31,441 bases of DNA from a virus (IMGVR_UViG_3300029318_000058:1-31441); one strand, 5' to 3'. Shown: positions 9,081 through 20,438, counted from the stretch's first letter. Notes: generated by a model not told the origin, from the sequence alone. Program-made: numbers and translations.

Positions 9081-12000
9081 TGGCTACAGAAATTAAAAGA
9101 ACTAGAAGAATGAATACAGTATCACCATCTGCTACTGCATCAAGGATGGGTGTAGTAGATGTATACACACCAAATTTATCTCAAACTTTTAATGTAGTAG
9201 CTGATACAATGAATACATTAGCAGAGAATCAAATAAAGATATTAGATGCTAAATGGCAAAACAATTTTGAAACAGAAACAACAAAGTATTTAAACAATAA
9301 ATTAAATACTATTTTACAATCAGGTGAGAAACCTGATCTAGAAAAATTTCAAGAAGAAGCTGATGGATATATAAATGGAGTATTAGCTAATGTACCAGAA
9401 AGATTAAGTATTGGTGCAGAATCATATTTTAATCAAAAGAATTTAAATGCGTTTGAACAGTTAAGAAAACAAGCAAACATTATAGAGTATAATGAGTTAG
9501 TAGCTTCCTATGATACACATATAGATAGTGAACTAGAAAATATAGATATTAAAATAGCAGCTCTAACTACCACATCACAATCACCTCAAGATTTTTTAAA
9601 TGGTTTAGATCAACTTTTTGCAACAGAAGTTACACAGTTTTTAGGAAAACACTCTACTAATTACGATAGTATTATTTCAGGTAGTCAAGGTAAACTAAAT
9701 GAGGTAACAAAAAAGAAAGCAGAAGAAGCATTACTTTTAACTGTGGAATCTAAAAGAGTTAATGCAATAGTAAAAAGTTTTTATCAAAACATTGATGTAA
9801 TGAATAAAGCTGAAGTAGATGCAGCAGATGAACAGGCTCAAATCTTTTTAAGAAATTATGCTTTAAATGAAGGTGGAGTAAGAGGAGTAAACTATGATGT
9901 GTTCAAAGATGAAACTGGACAAAATATTGGACAAGATAATATTGATTCTATAGTTGCAAATGGTATTGCAGAGTTTAATAGAATTAAGTCATTGAATGAT
10001 TTTGGTTTGAAAGAAGTAACCAGAAAGAAAATGACAGAAGATTCTATTGCTTTATCTGAAATAGATAAACAAATTTCAAATATAACATCACCAGTTTTAA
10101 ATCAAATGAACTTGTTTACAGACTTAGTAAATGGTCAAGAAGTGCCAGTAGGTCCAGAAGCAATTAGACAATTTTTAGAAAGCAAAGGTATTGTAGCTAA
10201 CACAAGTGATGTTACAAACTTGTATAACAAAAACTTAGCAGCATTTAATATAAGAAATAATATAAATCTAGCGAATGAAGATTTTAGTTTAACAGAAGTA
10301 TTAGCTTCACAAGAGAATCAAGGATATCTAGATACATTAGGACTTTCTACAGAAGATGTAGTAAAAAGCACACTAACAAATATATCTACGTATTATGGTA
10401 TAGAAGATACGTTAGAAGGATATTTAAGTTTAGGTGAAGGAGATGAAGGAGTAGCTAATGTATTGTATTCATTTATGAGAGATAATCAGGTACTTAGCTT
10501 TGGAGCAGAACAATTATTTTCACAAATAGGTACAACTAGAATGATAGATCTACTAGATAAAGGTGATAAAGAAAGTATTGATAAATGGTTTGATGAAGTA
10601 TTACCACAGTGGGCATCCTTAACAAATAATGGTGGAATTAAATTTGATAATATTAGTAAAGAAACTAATGAGATGTTTACATTTTTTGATGGTTTAAAAC
10701 AACATTATCAACCTATGGATATAGCTAATAAATGGAAAACAGTAATAGAAAACAGAGCTAAGACTGATGCAGCTGAACTAATACCAGAAAGTGGTGCATT
10801 TAAATCTTGGTTTAAAGAATTTGAAAGTAATGAAAATAGAAGTGTAACAACAGATTATATTGAAGCGTTTAGAAAAGCACGTAATAAAAACAAAATATGG
10901 AATGAAAGTTTTTATGGTTTTGATAGTGAACCTTTAATGACCATGATTGAAACAGAACAAATGATTCAAGAAAAGTTTAATCCAGATTACATTACACAAT
11001 TAGATACTAAAATTGAAATGGAAGCCTTAAGACTTACTAAGATAGATACACAAGATATAGACGATCCAAATATTATAGAAAATGTATTTAATCAAAATGT
11101 ATTTAAAGTAATGGAAAATTTAATCAAAGAAGAAGATTATGGTGTTACTTTATTTGCACCTAATAGTGGAGATCAATTTGCATTTCATAAAGATGCTATG
11201 GAAAAGGTCCATGGTTTATCTAATGATGATGCGTTGAATTATGTATCTGCATTTGTAAATACATATATGAAACAAAACTATGATACAGATCCTGATTTAA
11301 GAAACGCATTTAAAGATTTTAATGATGTTGAAAGACGACCAACATTTGAAGAAATATATAAAATGGCAGAAAGTGGTGTATTTGAATTAGAAAGAATAGA
11401 AGGAACAAAAGATTATAAAGTTAAATTAAACTTAGATTATGCACGTAATTTTGATATTTCACCTTATCCATTTGCAGATGATACGATTGAAATAAAAGTA
11501 GATGGTAAAGACTTTAATCCAAATATGTACTATAGAAAATTTGATACATTCTTAGAATCTGAAACAAATAAGTATTTAGATGAAATTGGTGTAGATGGTA
11601 TGGCTAGAGGATTAATTAAAAAATTTGTAATGAGTATTAGACAGATGGATGCTCCATTTGACTCAACAGAATTTAGAGCAATAGATCAAAGATTCCAAGA
11701 TGACATTATAGAATTTTATGAAAGAGTATCTAATGATGAAGCGTTTAGTTATGCAAATAATATAACAAATAATTTTTTAATTGCTGGTGATGAAAAACCA
11801 GAAGATTTCTTAATAAGAACAGCAGGTAAAATACACAATTCAATTTATGAAGGTGATAGTTCAAGTAAAGTTACTGATTCTTATGAAGATAATACAAAGA
11901 TTATATTAGATACTTTTGAAGAAAGATTTAAAACAAGACCTGGTCAAGTAGCATATTTATTAGATATTTATACTGTTTATCAACCAGATATAAATAGTCT

Positions 12001-12121
12001 TAAAGCAGCTATAGAAAGTGGTAAAGAAGATCAACTATTAAGTTTATTCCCAACAATGGGGGATTATCAAAAGAGAACATTGTTGTATTTATTTGGAGTA
12101 GATTACAGTGAAACCAATTAA
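9080..12121 (+). CDS. Large internal virion (ejection) protein
   Basis: 1013-aa acidic, helical ORF in the T7 gp15 position. Confidence 0.65.
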   Translation: MATEIKRTRRMNTVSPSATASRMGVVDVYTPNLSQTFNVVADTMNTLAENQIKILDAKWQNNFETETTKYLNNKLNTILQSGEKPDLEKFQEEADGYINGVLANVPERLSIGAESYFNQKNLNAFEQLRKQANIIEYNELVASYDTHIDSELENIDIKIAALTTTSQSPQDFLNGLDQLFATEVTQFLGKHSTNYDSIISGSQGKLNEVTKKKAEEALLLTVESKRVNAIVKSFYQNIDVMNKAEVDAADEQAQIFLRNYALNEGGVRGVNYDVFKDETGQNIGQDNIDSIVANGIAEFNRIKSLNDFGLKEVTRKKMTEDSIALSEIDKQISNITSPVLNQMNLFTDLVNGQEVPVGPEAIRQFLESKGIVANTSDVTNLYNKNLAAFNIRNNINLANEDFSLTEVLASQENQGYLDTLGLSTEDVVKSTLTNISTYYGIEDTLEGYLSLGEGDEGVANVLYSFMRDNQVLSFGAEQLFSQIGTTRMIDLLDKGDKESIDKWFDEVLPQWASLTNNGGIKFDNISKETNEMFTFFDGLKQHYQPMDIANKWKTVIENRAKTDAAELIPESGAFKSWFKEFESNENRSVTTDYIEAFRKARNKNKIWNESFYGFDSEPLMTMIETEQMIQEKFNPDYITQLDTKIEMEALRLTKIDTQDIDDPNIIENVFNQNVFKVMENLIKEEDYGVTLFAPNSGDQFAFHKDAMEKVHGLSNDDALNYVSAFVNTYMKQNYDTDPDLRNAFKDFNDVERRPTFEEIYKMAESGVFELERIEGTKDYKVKLNLDYARNFDISPYPFADDTIEIKVDGKDFNPNMYYRKFDTFLESETNKYLDEIGVDGMARGLIKKFVMSIRQMDAPFDSTEFRAIDQRFQDDIIEFYERVSNDEAFSYANNITNNFLIAGDEKPEDFLIRTAGKIHNSIYEGDSSSKVTDSYEDNTKIILDTFEERFKTRPGQVAYLLDIYTVYQPDINSLKAAIESGKEDQLLSLFPTMGDYQKRTLLYLFGVDYSETN

Positions 12122-15100
12122 ATTTGGTAGAAATATAACACCAAGATATACACCTTCAGTAGATCCAAAACCAGAACCTACTACAGATGAAATCTTAGGA
12201 ACTTTAAAAAGAGGTTTCTTAGATAGATCAGTTGTTGGTGCTATTAATAATATTCAAAAAGAAATATTTGAATATCAAGATATGGATGAAGAAGGATATA
12301 ATCCATATACAGATCCACAAGTACCACCCCATTTAAGATTTTTAGTACCAAAAATATTACACACAAGTGGTAGTGCAGAAGAAACTGCTATCAAACTAGC
12401 AGAGTATGAGCAATATCAAGATGATTTACAAAATCCATTATTTAATGCAACTAGTTTAATGTCAGAAATTTTATTAGATCCTGTTGCTGTAATGACTATG
12501 ACTCCAGGAGTAAGTGCCTTGTTTAAAGGTAAAAAGGCAATATCAAGAATAACTAAAGGTTTAGCTGGTGAAGAAATAATTAAACAAATAGGTGATGAAG
12601 ATAGATCATTACAAGATGCAGCTGTAGTTATTGGTGGTGCATATGTAATTAACAGAATAGGAAACAAGTTTCAAAAGTATGACAAGTTTGATTCAAGACG
12701 TAGTGGTACTACAAAACAAAAGTTAAAAGAGTGGGATGAAGCTACTAAAACAGAAACAGGTGTTAGTACCAATCCATATAGAAGAAAAAACAAAATAGTA
12801 GAATCAACTATTAAGCCTACAAAAAAGAAAGTAAAGTTTGATGCAAAAGTAAAAACAATATCAAACATTCTTTCTCAAGAATATAATGGACTCAAAGTAA
12901 AGATTACTACTATGGCAATACTAGATGCCATAAAAGATTTTAGAAACTTTGGTGTTGTATATGACAGAATGAACAACACAGTCAGGATTAATATTAGTCA
13001 GTTAAAAAAAGGATTTGCTGAAGGTAGAAAAAAATATGGTTTGAAAACAGAAGATGAATGGATTGAGTTTCAAATTAGAAAGATAATAGAATCTAAAAAA
13101 GTAAAGAAAGCTGATGAGCCATTAGTTAATAAATACATATTGGAGTCTATGAAAGAAAGACAAAAGTTTAAAGGTAATGATTCTATAGTACTTACTGATG
13201 TAGAAAAGAAAATACAAATGGAAAAAAACAATATCAAGTTTAGAAACAATGTAGACGAAACTGTTAAGTCAGAAGATATAACACCAGTTAAAACTGGATT
13301 AGGTTTAGAAGGATTAGGTTTATCTGCATTTGATAAGATATTTAATGGTCCATCTAGAAAAGCAAAAGAATTTTTATTAAACCTTAGTAAGTCAGATATT
13401 TATATGAACTATGAAAAGTATTCAGCATCACCAGATAGTGTTGAGATAATTATGAATACATTATACAGACCACACTTAGTATCTGTTATTGAAAATTTAG
13501 AAAATGCTTACATAAGATATGTAAAAGAAATAAGTGGTAAAGATATAAAGTATTTTAAAAAAGCTAGGATGATGTTTAGTAGAACTAAAACATTACCTAA
13601 TGGAGAAACTGTTTTATCATATAATGATTTTCAAACAGAAGTATATAAAGCAATAAGAAACAAAGGCAGAATACTAAATGGAAGTACAATTACTAAAAAG
13701 TATATAAGCGAAGCTACAGAAACTACACAAGGTTTTTTTAAATTTTATGAACAAGAGATTGTAGATACTAAGTTATTCTTAATAGAGCTAATAAAAAAAG
13801 AAGAATGGCTAACAAGTTCTATACAAAGAATGAGAGCTGCTAACTTTAAGAAAACTGCTAAACCAAAGATTGTCGATCCAAGAACTAAAAAAGAATGGAC
13901 TTTAAAAGAATTAGAAAATGCTTTGGAAGCAACTTTAAAAAATATGAAAGATACTAATAAGCTATTAGATGGGTATGTACCTCAATTATATAAAAGAACA
14001 AACATAGAAAGAAACTTTGGAACATTTAAACAAATTTTAATGAAAAGAGTTTTAAGAGATATGGACCCAAAAGATGCAGATGAAGTATTGGATAGCTTTA
14101 AACAGTATAATCCATTTAGAAAACCATTTGAAAACTTAGATGAAGCTAATGCTGTTTATAAACAAAAGGTTAGTCCTACAAGTAAGTTTTTAAAACAAAG
14201 ACTTTTAAAAATAGATGATGCTACTTTAGATGAACTTATTGCTAATGATTTTATAGAAACAAATATAGAAACACTTTCATCATTTTATTATAGATCAATA
14301 ACACCAGATATAGTAATGACAAAAAAGTATGGTGATCCTGGAGGATATGGTTGGTTTGGTGATATAAAAGATATGGGATATGCACCTGGACTAAATCAAG
14401 TAGCTAATGAACTAGCTGATTTATTAAAAGCTAAAAAAATTACATTAGCAGAAAGAAACCAAATATTAAAAAGATTAGAAAATTTAAGAGATTTAAGAAA
14501 AGGTATATTTGGATTAAGTGATAATCCACACGGATTTTGGTCTACATCTATTAGAAACTTTAAATTATTTAATACCCTTACACAATTAACAGGTGCATCT
14601 ACATTAGCGGATATCGGTAGATTAGTTACTATAGGAGGACTACAACAAAACTTTAATAGAATATTTAGTACATTTAGTAATGGTTTATATAAAAGTTATA
14701 TAGCAGGTAAAAGTGTAGGTAAAAAAGTAGGTCAGCTAAATGACTTAACCTTACAATTTTCAAGAGCACAGATACTATCTGGTAATGATGTTATACAATC
14801 TAGCTTTGTAGGATTTGAAAAACAGTTACAAAAGCTAGGTGCATTAAACTTTCAATATGGAAACTTACAGAATGCAGCTACTACAATAACTAAAACTTAT
14901 GCCACACTTTGGGGTGGTGATGACATACTAATTAAAATATCTAATGTAGTATCTGGTAAAGCTAAAGATGTAGACATTATGTTTTTAAATCAAAAAGGTA
15001 TTAGCAAAGAAGATGCTTTTAAAATATGGGATAACTATACAAAGAAAGGCTATGGACCAGGAGCTAATAAATGGGATTTTGATGATGTTAGTGTTGCTAA

Positions 15101-15740
15101 CTCTGATCTATGGGATGATTCAACATTAGCATTTAAATTTAATAGAGCATTAAATGATTATGTAGATGAGATTATTATTACGCCTGGAGATGGATCTGCA
15201 CCATTAATAGCTAATGCAGAGATCGGATCTCTGTTTTTTCAATATAAAAAGTTTAGTTTAGACATGACAAGAAAACTATTGATTAAAGGATTACAAAGAA
15301 AAGACTCAAAATTAATAGGTGATATAGCTGCATTAACAGCATTCGGTATGATTGTAGATAGAAGTAGAACTGAAGATTATGGTAAAGATTATGGTAAAAA
15401 ATCATTGACTGAAAGAATATTAGATGGTGCTGAAAGAGGTGGAGTATTTGGTATATTTGGTGATATTAATAGAATATTAGAATCTTTATCAGATAATAAC
15501 TTAGGATTAAGACCATTATTAGGTGAAGGTAGACCATATGGTACTTCATTAACAAGTAAAGCTGGTAGTATAACACCAGTAGCAAGTACAATAGGAATAA
15601 CTGCACAGATACTATATGACTGGGGTAGAGGTAGACATACACATCATACTGCTAGAAGAATAAGAAAACTTGTGCCATTAAACAATATATGGTATTTGGA
15701 TAGTATATTCGATAAAATAGAAAAAGGTTTGAGATTTTAA
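12108..15740 (+). CDS. Large internal virion (ejection) protein
   Basis: 1210 aa, GTG start after GGAG. C-terminal LFFQYKKF and LVPLNNIWYL motifs typical of gp16-position proteins. Confidence 0.7.
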   Translation: MKPIKFGRNITPRYTPSVDPKPEPTTDEILGTLKRGFLDRSVVGAINNIQKEIFEYQDMDEEGYNPYTDPQVPPHLRFLVPKILHTSGSAEETAIKLAEYEQYQDDLQNPLFNATSLMSEILLDPVAVMTMTPGVSALFKGKKAISRITKGLAGEEIIKQIGDEDRSLQDAAVVIGGAYVINRIGNKFQKYDKFDSRRSGTTKQKLKEWDEATKTETGVSTNPYRRKNKIVESTIKPTKKKVKFDAKVKTISNILSQEYNGLKVKITTMAILDAIKDFRNFGVVYDRMNNTVRINISQLKKGFAEGRKKYGLKTEDEWIEFQIRKIIESKKVKKADEPLVNKYILESMKERQKFKGNDSIVLTDVEKKIQMEKNNIKFRNNVDETVKSEDITPVKTGLGLEGLGLSAFDKIFNGPSRKAKEFLLNLSKSDIYMNYEKYSASPDSVEIIMNTLYRPHLVSVIENLENAYIRYVKEISGKDIKYFKKARMMFSRTKTLPNGETVLSYNDFQTEVYKAIRNKGRILNGSTITKKYISEATETTQGFFKFYEQEIVDTKLFLIELIKKEEWLTSSIQRMRAANFKKTAKPKIVDPRTKKEWTLKELENALEATLKNMKDTNKLLDGYVPQLYKRTNIERNFGTFKQILMKRVLRDMDPKDADEVLDSFKQYNPFRKPFENLDEANAVYKQKVSPTSKFLKQRLLKIDDATLDELIANDFIETNIETLSSFYYRSITPDIVMTKKYGDPGGYGWFGDIKDMGYAPGLNQVANELADLLKAKKITLAERNQILKRLENLRDLRKGIFGLSDNPHGFWSTSIRNFKLFNTLTQLTGASTLADIGRLVTIGGLQQNFNRIFSTFSNGLYKSYIAGKSVGKKVGQLNDLTLQFSRAQILSGNDVIQSSFVGFEKQLQKLGALNFQYGNLQNAATTITKTYATLWGGDDILIKISNVVSGKAKDVDIMFLNQKGISKEDAFKIWDNYTKKGYGPGANKWDFDDVSVANSDLWDDSTLAFKFNRALNDYVDEIIITPGDGSAPLIANAEIGSLFFQYKKFSLDMTRKLLIKGLQRKDSKLIGDIAALTAFGMIVDRSRTEDYGKDYGKKSLTERILDGAERGGVFGIFGDINRILESLSDNNLGLRPLLGEGRPYGTSLTSKAGSITPVASTIGITAQILYDWGRGRHTHHTARRIRKLVPLNNIWYLDSIFDKIEKGLRF

Positions 15741-17129
15741 ATGGCACTACAAATCAGTGATACAACACCTAGAATACAATATACAGCTACGTCTGGACAG
15801 ACTACATTTGCTGTCAATTTTGAATTTTTTAATGTAGCAGACTTAAAAGTTTACAACGGTACGACACTCCTTACTTACAACAACTCACCTTCATCTGCAT
15901 CACAATACAGCGTTACTGGTGCAGGTGTTACAGGTGGGGGATCTATAACATTAGGAGGATCAGGTGCTACCCTGAATGATAAGATTACTATAGTTAGAGA
16001 TCTAGCTATATCTAGAACATCTGACTTTCCTGTATCTGGTAACTTCCCAATACAAACTCTTAATACAGAACTAGATAAGATTGTTGCTATGATGCAACAA
16101 TTAGAAGAACAGTTTGCTAGAACACTACAATATCCTGTTACTACAACTACAGGATTTAATGTAGACCTACCAGATTTAGTAGCTAATAGAGTATTATCTG
16201 TAAACTCAGATGCAACTGCATTATTAGCTAATCAAGAACTAGGTACAAACAAAGGTAACTGGGCAGCTTCTACTAGTTATCAAGTTAGAGATTTAGTTAA
16301 AGATACATCTACAGGTAATATATTTTTTGTTAATACTGCACATACATCAACTGGTAGCCAACCATTAACTACCAATGCTAATAGTGCTAAATATGATTTA
16401 ATAGTAGATGCGGCATCAGCTACTACGTCAGCTACAAATGCTGCTAGTTCAGCTACAGCTGCCGCATCAAGTGCAACTACTGCATCTGGTCATGCGACTA
16501 CAGCAACTACCAAAGCTGGAGAAGCGGCAACTTCTGCCACTAATGCAGCCAGTTCTGCGACAGCGGCTGCCAGTTCAGCTACTAGTGCTAGTGGTTCTGC
16601 CACAACTGCAACTACTAAGGCTAGTGAGGCAAGTACCAGTGCAACTAACGCAGCATCATCTGCAACATCTGCTGCAAGTTCTGCTACCACAGCAACGACT
16701 AAAGCAAGTGAAGCATCAACATCTGCAAGTAATGCTGCTACCTCTGCAACGACAGCTACGACTCAAGCTACAACTGCTACAACCAAAGCTACAGAGGCTG
16801 CTACATCAGCTACGACAGCAACAACACAAGCAAGTACAGCTACAACTAAAGCATCAGAAGCCGCTACATCAGCGACTAATGCTGCTGCTAGTGCTGCCGC
16901 TGCCGCTGCATCTGCTGATAACTTTGATGATACCTATTTAGGAGCTAAGTCATCTGATCCAACACAAGATAATGATGGAGATGCCTTGAACGCAGGAGAT
17001 TTATACTTTAATACTTCTAGTAATGAACTTAAATATTATAATGGATCTGCTTGGAACGCTATTGTGGCTGTTGATACTAGTGGATTTGCAACGAAAGGAT
17101 TTGCGACAGCTATGTCTATCGCATTGTAA
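15741..17129 (+). CDS. Tail fibre protein with T7 gp17-like N-terminal adaptor and Ala/Ser/Thr coiled shaft
   Basis: YTATSGQTTF, ITIVRD and LNTELD adaptor motifs; AST repeats; GDLYFNT...YNGSAW C-terminal motif. Confidence 0.85.
   Translation: MALQISDTTPRIQYTATSGQTTFAVNFEFFNVADLKVYNGTTLLTYNNSPSSASQYSVTGAGVTGGGSITLGGSGATLNDKITIVRDLAISRTSDFPVSGNFPIQTLNTELDKIVAMMQQLEEQFARTLQYPVTTTTGFNVDLPDLVANRVLSVNSDATALLANQELGTNKGNWAASTSYQVRDLVKDTSTGNIFFVNTAHTSTGSQPLTTNANSAKYDLIVDAASATTSATNAASSATAAASSATTASGHATTATTKAGEAATSATNAASSATAAASSATSASGSATTATTKASEASTSATNAASSATSAASSATTATTKASEASTSASNAATSATTATTQATTATTKATEAATSATTATTQASTATTKASEAATSATNAAASAAAAAASADNFDDTYLGAKSSDPTQDNDGDALNAGDLYFNTSSNELKYYNGSAWNAIVAVDTSGFATKGFATAMSIAL
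16408..16915 (+). repeat. Degenerate coding repeat (ATTKASEA.TSATNAA, heptad-based)
   Basis: Repeated A/S/T-rich peptide units with synonymous nucleotide divergence. Confidence 0.8.
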
Positions 17130-17140
17130 AGGAGAAATAG

Positions 17141-17476
17141 ATGGCACAAGACTTTGAAAGATCATATGCAAGTTCAATCTCAAACTCATCTGGTTCACCT
17201 ACGACACTAGTTACATCTAATAGTGATGATGCAATAGTATCTATTAGATGTGTAAATAAACATACAACAGCAGTAACTGTGAGTGTTTTAATTAGTTCTG
17301 GTGGAACAGATTATTTTGTAATTAAAGATGCACCTCTACCTACAGGGGGTTCTTTAGAACTTATAGATTCTGGGAGTAAGATTGTCATACAGAGTGCAGA
17401 TGTCGTAAAAGCCTATGCTGATACAGCTAGTGCAGTAGACGTTCTTGTATCTTATGTAGACGCAATTAGTACATAA
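17141..17476 (+). CDS. Small structural (tail-associated) protein
   Basis: 111-aa beta-rich ORF, IKDAPLPTGGSLELI motif, AAGGAG RBS. Confidence 0.65.
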   Translation: MAQDFERSYASSISNSSGSPTTLVTSNSDDAIVSIRCVNKHTTAVTVSVLISSGGTDYFVIKDAPLPTGGSLELIDSGSKIVIQSADVVKAYADTASAVDVLVSYVDAIST

Positions 17477-18243
17477 TGGCATATATTGGAGTACAACCTC
17501 AAGATACTTTTATAAGTATAGATAAGCAGACATTTAGTACATCTGCTACAGCTACTTATACTTTAGATCATACAGTTGGTTCTGTTAATGATATTGCATT
17601 ATTTTTAAATAATGTCAGACAAGAGCCTACTACTGCATATACAATATCTGGTACAACTTTAACATTAGCCTCTGCTATTACATCTAGTGATAGTATGTAT
17701 TGTATTTACTTAGGTAAAAGTATTGGAACACAAGCTCCAGCTACAGGATCAGTAACAAATGATATGTTAGCTGGTTCTATTGCTAATGCTAAATTATCTG
17801 GACCATTAGGTAAGATTGGTCAAGTGGTTCATGGTTCAACTTCTACAGCAGTGAATGTAACAACAAGTACTTTTACAGATACAGGATTAACAGCTTCGAT
17901 TACCCCTACTAGCACTTCAAGTAAAGTGTTAATTATAATTTCTCAAACATTAGTTACTGATAGAGATAGTGAGTATGGAAGGTCTAGATTTAGAATACTT
18001 AGAGATGGAAGTGGTCTTGCAAATGCTGAATGGAATAGATTAATGTGGGTCGAAGCGGGGGGAGTAAGCTCAGTGAAAAATGGTGGATTAGTCGCTACAA
18101 ACTATTTAGATACTCCAAGTTCAACAAGTTCTTTAACCTACAAAACACAAGGAGCGGCAGAAACTACAACTAATAATGGAACTGCAAGATTTCAACAAAA
18201 TTCAGAATCATCTTTTATAACACTAATGGAGGTACTAGCCTAA
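17476..18243 (+). CDS. Tail fibre / receptor-binding protein 1
   Basis: MAYIG start, NNVRQEP domain, C-terminal GKIGQVV...SSKVLI...MEVLA module. Confidence 0.75.
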   Translation: MAYIGVQPQDTFISIDKQTFSTSATATYTLDHTVGSVNDIALFLNNVRQEPTTAYTISGTTLTLASAITSSDSMYCIYLGKSIGTQAPATGSVTNDMLAGSIANAKLSGPLGKIGQVVHGSTSTAVNVTTSTFTDTGLTASITPTSTSSKVLIIISQTLVTDRDSEYGRSRFRILRDGSGLANAEWNRLMWVEAGGVSSVKNGGLVATNYLDTPSSTSSLTYKTQGAAETTTNNGTARFQQNSESSFITLMEVLA

Positions 18244-18719
18244 TGCCATTATCTAAAATACCAACACTAGGAATAGATGATACAGCAATATCAACAGCTA
18301 AAATAGCTGATGATGCAGTGGACAATACAAAATTAGATTTAAGTGAAACATATAATTTTACAGCTATGCCACAAAAAAGTGGCACTGACATTGTTAGTAA
18401 GGGAAGTAACTCTAATGGATATTATGTTAAATTTGCAGACGGAACACTAATATGTCATGTTGATAAATCAACATCTGCACAAAATCAAGGACCAAGTGCA
18501 GGTAATTTTTATACAAGCACTGCTGGAACTTGGACATATCCATTAGCTTTTAATGCAGCTCCTCGTGTTATAGCTCAAGTAAATGGAGGTCATTATAATG
18601 CTATAAGTGCAAAGGCAGTTAGTATTAATAGCACTACAACCAACTATGTAACACAGAGTATAAATAGTACAAGTAATGCTCAAGGACTGTCATTACTTGC
18701 AATAGGAACTTGGAGTTAA
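18243..18719 (+). CDS. Tail fibre protein with gp53-like C-terminal domain
   Basis: ISTAKIADDAV repeat, then GSNSNGYYVKFADGTLIC...YPLAF...AIGTW. Confidence 0.75.
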   Translation: MPLSKIPTLGIDDTAISTAKIADDAVDNTKLDLSETYNFTAMPQKSGTDIVSKGSNSNGYYVKFADGTLICHVDKSTSAQNQGPSAGNFYTSTAGTWTYPLAFNAAPRVIAQVNGGHYNAISAKAVSINSTTTNYVTQSINSTSNAQGLSLLAIGTWS

Positions 18720-18721
18720 TT

Positions 18722-19114
18722 ATGAGATATTACGATACAGCTATAAGAAACGAAATACACGAACAAAATCCAGAAAAAGTTCCTTCAACTGCTATACCTA
18801 TGACTGATGCTAGGGTGTCAGCTTTCTTTCAAGAATTACCCCCTAACCATGAATTAACTTTTGACTCAAATAACTTACCTATTATTTCTGAAATACCACC
18901 TCTAACAGCAGAACAAGAATTTGAAATAAGTATTTCTGAACTTAGAAGTAAAAGAAATAACCTACTAGCACAAACAGATTACTTAGCCTTGTCTGACCAA
19001 ACTATGACTGCTGAAATGACAGATTACAGACAAGCATTAAGAGATATTACTAACGGATTAACTACAGTAGAAGATGTTGAAGCTGTGGAATTTCCAGAAA
19101 GACCAGAGGCATAA
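18722..19114 (+). CDS. Tail fibre assembly chaperone
   Basis: LRSKRNNLLAQTDY...YRQALRDIT...FPERP signature. Start moved from 18710 to the ATG after GGAG. Confidence 0.8.
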   Translation: MRYYDTAIRNEIHEQNPEKVPSTAIPMTDARVSAFFQELPPNHELTFDSNNLPIISEIPPLTAEQEFEISISELRSKRNNLLAQTDYLALSDQTMTAEMTDYRQALRDITNGLTTVEDVEAVEFPERPEA

Positions 19115-19953
19115 TGGCATATATAGGTAGAGGAACAGAAAACATATCTAATGTAGAGGTACTGGATAACTTAACATTTAATGGATCAGCAAGTTACACC
19201 TTACAGAAATCATCAACAAACTTTGTACCTTCTAGTGCTAACAACTTATTGATTAGTATTAGTGGTGTGGTACAGCAAGGAAACTTTACTGTTAGTGGAT
19301 CTACGATTACCTTTGATACCACAGTAGCATCTAGTGATACTTGTGATTGGATACTGCATTATGGTACAGGATTAATTACGACTGTAGCAGACGGAGCTAT
19401 TACAGAAGCGAAGTTAGGCAGTGGTGCTGTAACCAATGCTAAATTAGCCAATTCTTCAATTACTCTTAATGGTAGTGCAGTATCACTAGGGGGTAGTGCT
19501 ACTATTGCTGGTGGAAAGATTGGTCAAGTAATTAATGTACATAAAACTAATACAGAAACATCAAGTTCTACAAGTTATGTAAGTGTAGGAATGGATATTA
19601 CAATCACACCTTCGGCTACATCTAGTAAAGTATTATTAATGTTTTATCCAAGACTGGGTTGTAATACAGGAAGTGCAAATGTTTACATGAAAATTAGAAA
19701 TAATACTGCTGGTTCTGATGTTATATCTGATCCTTTGATAGTAAGCAGATGGCCGTCAGACGGACAATCTGCTTACTATACACAACCTCAACCAATGGTG
19801 GTATTAGATTCACCTAACACTAGTTCAGCTGTCCAATATAAAATGCAAATAAAAACTAATGCTGGAGCATGGACTTTAAATATGCCAGCAAATACTGGTG
19901 GATATAGTGATCCAGAAGTTTCAACTATAATAGCTATGGAGGTACTAGCATAA
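19114..19953 (+). CDS. Tail fibre / receptor-binding protein 2
   Basis: MAYIG start, ISGVVQ domain, ITEAKL/VTNAKL repeats, GKIGQV...MEVLA module. Confidence 0.75.
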   Translation: MAYIGRGTENISNVEVLDNLTFNGSASYTLQKSSTNFVPSSANNLLISISGVVQQGNFTVSGSTITFDTTVASSDTCDWILHYGTGLITTVADGAITEAKLGSGAVTNAKLANSSITLNGSAVSLGGSATIAGGKIGQVINVHKTNTETSSSTSYVSVGMDITITPSATSSKVLLMFYPRLGCNTGSANVYMKIRNNTAGSDVISDPLIVSRWPSDGQSAYYTQPQPMVVLDSPNTSSAVQYKMQIKTNAGAWTLNMPANTGGYSDPEVSTIIAMEVLA

Positions 19954-20438
19954 TGGCGTTAATCAGATTAAATAATCAATCAATCAGTTCTGTTACTGCT
20001 TTGCCTAGTGGTATTGATACAGGTAAGATTGGTCAAGTAGTTCAAAATAGTGGTAATGGTGGAGTTTCAACTACATCAACAAGTTTTGTAGAAGCTCCTA
20101 TTTCAGTAACTATTACTCCAACTGCAACTACTTCTAAGATTTATGTTTCAATAGCTTTTATGAATAAAACTGCAACCGATCAAGAATTTATCGCAACTAT
20201 TTATAGAGATCCTAGTGGAAGCAGTGCAGTTAATTTAGGTGATGGTACAGATGGTTTTTTCTCTGACCAAACTAGAGTGGCTAATAGTAAATCATTAGTG
20301 TATATGCAATATTTAGATTCACCTAACACCACTTCACTTATTGAATACAAAGTTTATTTTAAAGGTGAAGGTCAAACAGTTACAGCTAATAATGATGAAG
20401 CTGACTGGGCTTTCATAGCTATGGAGGTACTAGCATAA
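19953..20438 (+). CDS. Tail fibre / receptor-binding protein 3
   Basis: Short N-terminus plus the GKIGQVV...LDSPNT...MEVLA module. Confidence 0.7.
   Translation: MALIRLNNQSISSVTALPSGIDTGKIGQVVQNSGNGGVSTTSTSFVEAPISVTITPTATTSKIYVSIAFMNKTATDQEFIATIYRDPSGSSAVNLGDGTDGFFSDQTRVANSKSLVYMQYLDSPNTTSLIEYKVYFKGEGQTVTANNDEADWAFIAMEVLA

Noticed and set aside
14078-14088. 11-nt match (AGATGAAGTAT) to the 17-nt variable segment of element B
   Set aside because: A match this short is plausible by chance in AT-rich coding sequence; not evidence of targeting.
16408-16941. Alternative-frame Q/L-rich ORF and the antisense ORF 16490-16690
   Set aside because: Shadows of the GCN/ACN/TCN codon repeat in the tail fibre.
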